NCBI GenBank assembly: GCA_964016885.1
Contig: OZ024745.1
Coordinates: 40,300,001 to 40,364,000 of the forward strand
Length of the DNA: 64,000 nucleotides
Source: Eledone cirrhosa
Lineage: Eukaryota
Reading direction: 5' to 3'
The translations under genes and the position numbers were made by a program. Under the pieces are notes generated by a model, which did not search any database, had not been told where the DNA came from, and worked only from the letters and a program-made list of their open reading frames with translations. How positions within the stretch are numbered: position 1 is the stretch's first letter; the number at the start of each line of letters is the position of its first letter. Shown in pieces: positions 55,335 through 64,000 of the stretch.

Positions 55335-58300
55335 ATGTCTTGTGTAATGTTGTCCTTCGCCGCCCGGGTTAACGCCGACTATTTTCGTCGCCAACCTCAA
55401 AAAACTCCTTGGATTTGCAAAACATCGGCTTAATTACTCTCCAATAACAAAAAAAAAACGAAAAAGAGTTGCATCATGTTGCAAATCAGTCACCTTATCC
55501 ATTGTTCGTTTTTCTTTACTTTTCTTTGTTTCGAATTCGAGTGATACGATTTTCAGCTCATGATTGACTTTACATTAACTTTACAATTTCCTTCGTAACA
55601 AAAGATATACAACTAAATGTGTCTTATTACATTTCTATTCGATTTGTTGACAGTCGATCTGCTATATGTTAAATACAGTTTCATTTTACAATAAAATTGC
55701 CATCCCTCTTCACTTCTTAATGCTTGCTCTTTTACTTTTAATGTATGTTCAGTGAATGGTTAGAGATTCTGACATGAAAAATATATTTTATAAAAAAAAT
55801 ATTTTCTTTTCAATTTCAAACTATTTGCGGATATATAAGAATAGTGTTGCGTATTTCTTTCTGCATACAAACAAAAATGATGTAGCAGTAGCAACTATTC
55901 TATGTCATTCTGCAAGTCAATAACATTACTATGGTACAATTTCTGCCGATGAAACCCATCTATGATTCTCGGTTATGCAGTTGTTGTGAATATGCCTTAT
56001 GCATTTAAGGACAGATGTATCTATATGTGGTAGAAACTCACATCGGTGAAGGTATCTGCAATTTGCGTGGTTATTTGTTGTTAATATTTGATTCATTTCT
56101 CCTCATTTTGTTAGCTTTCTGTAAAAGACCTTTTCAAAATCGAATAAAAAGGTATCACTATAAGCAAACAAAACATCCCCGTTAATATTCTACAGTAATC
56201 CCGGAAATAAGTGACGACTTTTATGAAAGATGATTTCTGCAAGCCTTTTCCATTGCTGAGTTAGCATGATATCTGTCATCAATTATCTGAAACGAAGTGA
56301 TGATCAGAAAAATTGTGGATTTATTTAGGGCTATCAAAATACTTTTTTTTCAAAGAAGAGAGAGAGAGAGAAAGAGAAAATTTGTGTGAAAGAGCTAATG
56401 AATATGAGAGTGAATGACGGTGAAATAGGTAAATATGATCGACAAATTCAGCTACGCATATTATCTTCCCGACAGTCTTTGCCTCGGGAAGTATTAATGC
56501 TGGTAGCATTCAATTCAAAGCAACTTCAAATATGTTGACTGTTGCAATAATCACTCTGAAGCCGCATAATCTTTAAAAAGATTAATGTGATTAAGAAGCG
56601 TTACCAATGATAATGAAATAGAGTTGTCCAAACGGGTTTTCTAGATACAGACGCGAACACAGTCTTCTCGTATTAGAAAAACAATGCTATATTGATAAAT
56701 ATATTTAATATGCTGCATGCAAAGTTGTAATTTTAGATAGCTGTACCGTGTTTCACATTATGTAGCTATATCTAACATCGTGAAATTCAGCTTTCAAAAA
56801 TCCAGTGATCTGAGCTAATAATATGTTCGTACACGCATCAACAGGGAGCCTCTAATAATTACTTGAGCTGCAAGAAATACCTAGAAAATATTTCTCAAAT
56901 AATACTCTTCTTTTACAATGAAAATGAGAGACATATGTGGTTAAGTGATCCTAATAATCAGGAATAATCTCATGCAAAATATGCATGAAATACTCATCGG
57001 ATAATGTAGTTCAGATATTATCAAACAAATAGAGTCAAGCCTGACCAAATTTGATATGCAGCAAAGCAAGAACTATATATATATATAGGAAAATATTTAT
57101 CTATCTATCTTATGTTCTGTTTCATTCGCGTGAAGTTTGCATAACAGCATCTCAATGCCTCCGTTATAAACATCATTCAGTTTAGTGTGAGGCTGATAGT
57201 ATCTATTAACATGTTTGATAACATTGACAGTTCTCGATTAAACGAACACATATCGTGATTTGGTGACTATTCTAAAAAGTACGTAAACGTACGTGTATGT
57301 CTACATAAGTGTTTTTTGTGCAAACATTTTGCCATGAATTCTTTCTTTCAATATAAAGAGTTTTTAAATGTCGCACTCAGAACTTTCATTTTTTTTTCCT
57401 TTCTTTTATTTGTTTCATAACGTTTGCAATTTAAACTGTTGACGAATCTAGACAACTTATTCAATCGTAGAATGAATCGAAATTGAAAATGCAAACGACT
57501 TAAAATAACTTTTTGTAAAGGATAAAATAACATAACACACTTGTTCATGTCTGGTGACTACAATCAATAGTATTGCAGTTATTATTTCTTTAGTATATTA
57601 TTTTATTTATATATGATAAGTAAATTACAAGGATTAAATTAATTATTATCATGATAATTGTTAATTACTTATGCTTATAGAAAGGGTAACATGCTTGCAA
57701 GAATTTGTGGCTAAATCGTACTTAGGTGGCATTGCATGAAATAGGTATTGTTAATGATAGGGATATATATTAAATATCCAAATTATAATTAATTTGTGGC
57801 TGTGCAACATGTAAAATGCATGTTTTATTCTAGGGTCAATAGACATATCAATTGTAAAAGGACGGAAATAACTGGCGCTTTTTCTCAAACTATATTCTGC
57901 CCAGGAATATGAGTGGATTCAAGATTAGTAAAACGCCCATTATTTTTTTATCTTATGCAAGACACCGAATAAAGTGCGTATATTCTAGTAATATTATCAC
58001 CCACAACGTGATGAAATGCATAGATGTCATCAGGGTTTAATTAGCGAAATTATAGAAAGGCTTAATGAAAATTGCAATAGGTTTCGCCATTTGATATATA
58101 AACGACAATGACAATAATTGCGACAAAACTTCTTTATTTTATTGTTTTATTTAAATTTGTTTTCAATAGTCTATTTATCGATTATTATCCATACACCTTC
58201 TACCATAAACTATGTCCTTCTGTGTATGTAAGCATTGAGCAATAACATATAAAATACACCAACAAATGCAGCAAAAACAAGAACAGAAATCATAACTATT

Positions 58301-58439
58301 ATTATTTATATATTGTTCACTTGGACTGAAATAGAATGGAGAATTTGAAAGACATACAGGGCAGAGGGGATTTACACAATTCCGTGTAAACAGATGGAAA
58401 ACAGGCAACATTGAAAATTTAAATAAATCACAACAGGAA

Positions 58440-59135
58440 TCCCCAATAAGGGAGCATCATCATTGGTTATGAGCCTTAGATATACGGAAACACCCTTGTA
58501 AACAAGACTAGACAGGGTAGGTGCCCTTTCCTTTAAAAAATCTCCAGCCGTCAGGCTCGTGGTCATTGTAGACCCATTCACTCCGGTTAACTTCGCTGCA
58601 TTCCCCCATATGTAACAAATGTGCTGAGGATGAAATTCCGCCCCCAACCTCACGTTCCTTTTCAAGCGGAACTTGAAAATTAGATGAGGGTTTGTCGAAG
58701 AGTAAAGCGTGCGTCTTCAATCCTTTAAGCCTGATCCAAAACACAACCTATTTTAATATCACAACGAGACTGTCGAAATCTTCCTGTACTTCCCAACCAA
58801 AAGAAGCAGTGGGCCGATCTGTATGATGGAGTCTGCTAATACCCGGATCCATGACACACGCGAAAATAGCTGTTCAGTAATGCTCGGATCATATATACCT
58901 GGGTGTTTAATAAGTCTACGCCTATGTCGGGATGGTCTGCTTGACAAAACGTCCATGACTTCACGGCACAGTTCGAGCGAGGTACACTGCAACAGCTCCA
59001 GCTTCCCCAGCTGTGACTCTTGTGTCAGTATATACAGAAGAGAGGAGAGAATGTATCGTTGATGAACGGAGCGCATGATCTGGAACGGTCCCGATACGTG
59101 GTCATTTAATTTGACCAATAAGCATATGCCATTGT
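58440..59135 (-). mobile_element. L1/Tx1-clade LINE RT remnant
   Basis: VKLNDHVSGPFQIMRSVHQRYILSSLLYILTQESQLGKLE resembles the ..SVRQGCPLSPLLY.. region. Confidence 0.72.
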
Positions 59136-60039
59136 AGTATAGTAGTCGTAGTAGTATTATTAGTAGCAATGTTTTTCTTTTTTAGAGGATTATGTTTTTC
59201 ACTGGAAGGTATTAATGTAATTATAATACAACTTGTGTAAGTATGGGCAGTAATATTTGTGATCAGAATCGCATAGTATCATTAAGATATCTGTGTTTTA
59301 CTTATATATTTTGGGACATTTCGGATGAGACTATACATCATCCTCACTCTGTCCATCATAATAATGTGCCTTGATATATTCCTTTTATTACTTTCCATTA
59401 TGCGATTCGTCTTTGTTCTTTTTTCTTTAGTTTGTCTACAATATTACAAACATCATATTTTAATGGATACTTCACATGACGCCGATGAAATTTACATTCT
59501 CAGTACGATGATGTACAATAAAATGGTGATACAACATTTTATTTCAGCTAATTGTATTAAATAAACAACTATTAAGTTACTATATGTTGGCCTTTAATTC
59601 ACCGGAGTATATAATTGTATTAAATGAAAATCACAAAAAAAAAATAGGAACTAAGGCACCAAACGGAAAAAAAATATCGAACAAAATATATTCCTTCTTC
59701 TTACACAACAACCTCTTTCGTAAAATCTTAGTTGATATTTCAGAAGTCTTGTTAAGAGGGCAGCACATATTAAGAAAAAATATCGTAATATATATAAATA
59801 TATACATATTATTGTTATTGTTATTATTGATCACCTTTTCTCTAGATACGTTGAATGAATTGTTCCGTATGTTTTGTTGAGTTTCGGCTTTTTCTTCAAG
59901 GTATATTGTAAAACTTTATTCCGACAAATAAATGGGTCATCATGCATTGTCATCAAAATGGCTGTTTTCCCATGGACTTAATGAAAAAGGAGCAACGTTT
60001 GAGCCAGACATGGAATCTGATCCAGAACAAAAACACAGG

Positions 60040-61950
60040 CTATTGTAATCGTCCCGTACAAAGTGAAGATGGAAGTGCAGAGGAAGAGTATTATATATAG
60101 ATATGTTTCAGTGCAGATTCTCAAAGAGGAGGCTGCACTAAAATACATCCCAGAAGATATAGACAATATAGCAATGGGCAAATACTTTGGCACAATATTG
60201 GTGTTGTTATTAACTAAAGTTCTTGATATAGAGTACCTAGGGATCTACTGTAGGATGGACAACGCTATGGTGCACCCGTGCCACATTAGAAGGAGGACAG
60301 TGAGAGTCTGCAATCCCAGGATGGCACCCAGACTGGATTTACCGGCTTCTGGAGTGCGTGATCGTGGAGGGTGCAGACGGTACACTCAATCATTACCAAA
60401 CCAATTCGGTCGGTCTGATCTGTGGTGGATTTGGAGATCTTGCTCCAAATCAAACAGGAAGAGTTGAACGTCTTCCCCGATCACGTTCGCGTCCAGGACG
60501 GGACTGCGATACAGGTGGTCATACAATGCCGCATTGTTTCATTTGCTGCACAACACATCTTCGAGCCTTCTATCCTCGACTAAAAATGGAATCGGGGCGC
60601 AAACCACCGTTGCGGCAAACACCAGAGTCAAGATGCAGAACCACACTAACAACAACGCCAGCACAGGCAGCAAACAGCCTAGAAGCAACAGTACCAGGAC
60701 CAGCAATAGCAACAGGTAAACCACTAACGACAATAAAGATGACAGAAACATCCAAAAGGAAGACGGGGAAAGCTTTCCCCCATCCCGAAACAAATACACA
60801 CATAAACACATAGACAAATATCAGAAAATAATACAGAGAAGGCAAAAAAACGAAAACACAAACACAAGAAGAAAACCTTACGCATCACATATACATCAAT
60901 AACTAAAATCATAGACACCACATACGCATAACAAATACAGACACGTCCACAACGACATCAACAACACCAGCAACACCAAAACGCAAATAAACGCAACTGC
61001 AACAAAAACAAATCACACAATATATCCTCAAAGCTCGAAGATGAAAAATTGAAAATAAGTGAGAATTCTTTGGTACAAGCACATTTCGCATACCGGAAGA
61101 TCTCATGATGGTACATAAGCCGCTAGGTTCAAACAAGGACATTAGGTAGAGATTTCCTCGGGACGTGAAAACGCCTAATGTTAAGCCAAATAATAGATTG
61201 TTAAAAGGGTTCCCAAATGAAACCCTGCCAAACATGGAGGTGGAACTATCCGAACTCCGAATGTCCCCGGGTGGTAAGCATACTTTTTAACTCTCGATCA
61301 ACAAGCTAACATAGCCATCTTAAGACTGGTATGTTTAAATGTTCCTGGCCTGAGGGCGTTCTGGAAGTAGAGACGCTTCCTGGACGACCGCAGTGTACTA
61401 CATATGGATGTGAATGCCATACGCGAGACCAGAATATGCTACACTTCAGCCAGGGATGCCCTCGACAGCCGCACGAGGCGCAAATCAGTTGGAGTGTATG
61501 AGCTGCTCTACGAGTTTTACGTAGAAATGCCAGACTTGTTCTCCGATCTCCTCGAACGGACTACTGCAACCGGAAGCAGAACGAGAGTATTCAAAGTTCT
61601 GTAATCCGAGGCGTAGTGGTGCTGATAAGGAAATACGTTAGAGAATTTCAGACTCATAACTTTGCTAAACACAGAGCTTAAGATTTGGACCAAGATGTTA
61701 GAGAAGAGGATGGCGCTTGGCGTCGAGGCTTTGGTATGGGAAGAGCAACTTTGCGCAATACCTACATGTCCATACAGGACAACATCCAACTCATGCGATA
61801 CATCATACATAGGGTAGAGAATCAACCTGGCTTCGGTGGGTTTCTGATCTATTTAGAAAAATTGAAAACATTCGAGAGTGTCGACCATCAACACCTCGAA
61901 GCTGCCCTCAAAGCAGTCCAGTCTTCAGAGTTCGAAGGTCAATGGTAATG
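60040..61950 (+). mobile_element. L1/Tx1-clade LINE remnant (ORF1 with zinc knuckle; internally deleted ORF2 EN/RT)
   Basis: CFICCTTHLRAF (knuckle-like); DVNAIRET; RKSVGVYELLYEFY; ENFRLITLLNTELKI; SIQDNIQLMRYII..KTFESVDH. Confidence 0.78.
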
Positions 61951-64000
61951 GCGACAAGGTCTAATTTCATGGTTTCTGAAGCAGTCTTCATCTGAAATAC
62001 GCCCCTACCTCCAATGTTACTTTCTGTATATAGTGTATCTACATCACTGTTTGCAACGAATACTTCTAAAACCTGGAATATAATAGAAATGCCAAAGTGC
62101 ACAATATAATTCATTACTGTTTTTATTGTTATTTCTTTCACTTATCCACATGTCGAAATTGAAGTAATATCAATTCTGTACACGTGTGTGGTGGTAAGAT
62201 ATGATGTCAGTACTGTTTTAGTTATATTTTGCAGAACATTGGGAGATCACGTATAAGCCCTTCATTTGATCGGCGCATAGATTATTCGATGGGAAATGTA
62301 CTAAGATATACCCCTACATTCATACTGAGGACACATGATATACTGTATTATGCAGCATGTGTGACAGTACACTTTCTCAAATCATATATTGATTTATGCA
62401 ATAAACCTGCTGCAACGTAGATGACGTTATTATCACCTATACAGTATTGAATAATTACATATGCTAATACAAATCTAATTTTATAACAGTGCTTTCAGAA
62501 ATAGCAACATCACAAAACTGTCTGGTATGTATCCTGTGATTTGGGTTTATATTACAACACAATTATTTCTCAATTTTTAAGGAATAAAAAGTTATTCCGT
62601 GTAATGATATTTTTCAGAATGGCTCTCATTATTTATATGAAAAAATAATAACAAGGTAATTTGGAATACTTGCAGATTCCAATCAACATTTTTTTAAAAT
62701 AATTAGAAACTGTTTTCATCCTTTAGATTATATAATCTTAAACATGCTGGCATTTTTATTCTGTATAGAGGAATGATGGTAAAGTATTCAATATAAGCAA
62801 ATCAATAGCAATCACATCATATCTTAACACAGTAAGAAAAATCTCAAACAAAGCTGAGTTCCAAAACAGAAGAATGTAATCATCAGATATATTTCGAAGC
62901 ACACATTAAAAAGAAATATAATTGAATTGTTATAACTACTTTCATCAGTTTCCCCAATCTATGGTTGTTACAAAACCTGCATATGAGAAACTTTATCTGG
63001 GAAATGATATAAACATTTTCCGTGAACTTTTATCAATATAGAAAATTTCTTTTAAACTAAAAGTATTTTTGTGTGGAAAAATACTTGTATTGGCCTTTAA
63101 GCAATTGGTCAACGAGCATCATTCATAATAATACTCTACAGTCGCATTAGTGTCCAGTAAAACTGATATGTCGGCGTGTCAGATATTTCAGCAGTTTTAC
63201 ATTGATCTTAACTGTGCCCATAAATTACAATATCCTCTACATATCTATACTGAAAACAGGTCAGTCTGAGCTTACACTGTCCCTGAGATATATTCAGGTT
63301 ACATAATGTACATTGTCGCGACGAAGAATATTGCCCATTTCTTTAGAAAGGGAAATAATAAAGGTTTCTCCTCTATAATATGAAGTCACATATTTAGTCC
63401 GCGTATTCATTAACTAGTCGCGTCAACAAATATATACCCATCTATTATTCAATAGAGCATCTATATATCTATTCAACTCTTAAAGCAGATATACAATACG
63501 AAGCATCTTCTAATAGACTTTTGATAAAATATTTTCATAAGAAAAAGTTATAATTTCATGTTTTTATTAAAACTAAACTAATTATTCATACGTTCATCTC
63601 CAAATCTATTCGCCCCCTCTATTTATCTCTTCCGATTTTTCTTCTTTCAACTAAATATAAACAAGACATTAATAAATATGTTCTATTCAGACAGAATAAA
63701 ATAACCCCCAAGTGTGAATAATTTTGAAACTCAGAATGATGTTGTTATCAATCATTTATTTTTTGTTTTAAATAATGTCATTTTGTTTCCAATATACCTT
63801 TACATTAACAACTATGGTACTCGTTTTGTTATATGTATTAGGCGTTAAACATATTTCGATTAATTTGGAAAGCAGATATTATTTATCAACATGAAATTGA
63901 AGGGCATGATCAAAATATTTCTTGCAATATATTTTATAAAACAAATATGTTTTCATAATTATTCATAATTAACGTGTGTATTGTAATAGCTATCAAGTAA

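Overview
AT-rich, repeat-dominated eukaryotic (metazoan) DNA with a 200-N assembly gap and many (TA)n/(CA)n microsatellites. The SINE family and composition suggest an invertebrate such as a cephalopod, but that is inference. I could not identify a host protein-coding gene; almost all short ORFs are microsatellite artefacts. Recognisable content: three Penelope-like retroelements (RT + GIY-YIG), each preceded by an inverted copy of its own 3' end. One of them (51631-53151) keeps an uninterrupted but 5'-truncated ORF. There is also a further PLE remnant, remnants of CRE-like (REL endonuclease), RTE and L1/Tx1 LINEs, and about 15 copies of one ~185-bp SINE. The most striking signal is about 20 type-I hammerhead-ribozyme-like motifs from roughly ten distinct repeat families, folded by eye and not tested. 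They lie in PLE termini, in non-coding tandem units of about 480-680 nt (retrozyme-like) and in long fold-back palindromes next to (TA)n tracts. They include a U3-A8 compensatory core variant, a recurrent U4C core, U-U closure of stem II, long stem II insertions, palindromic stem III and a shared upstream GGCTGC..TTTCTAGC-like motif.
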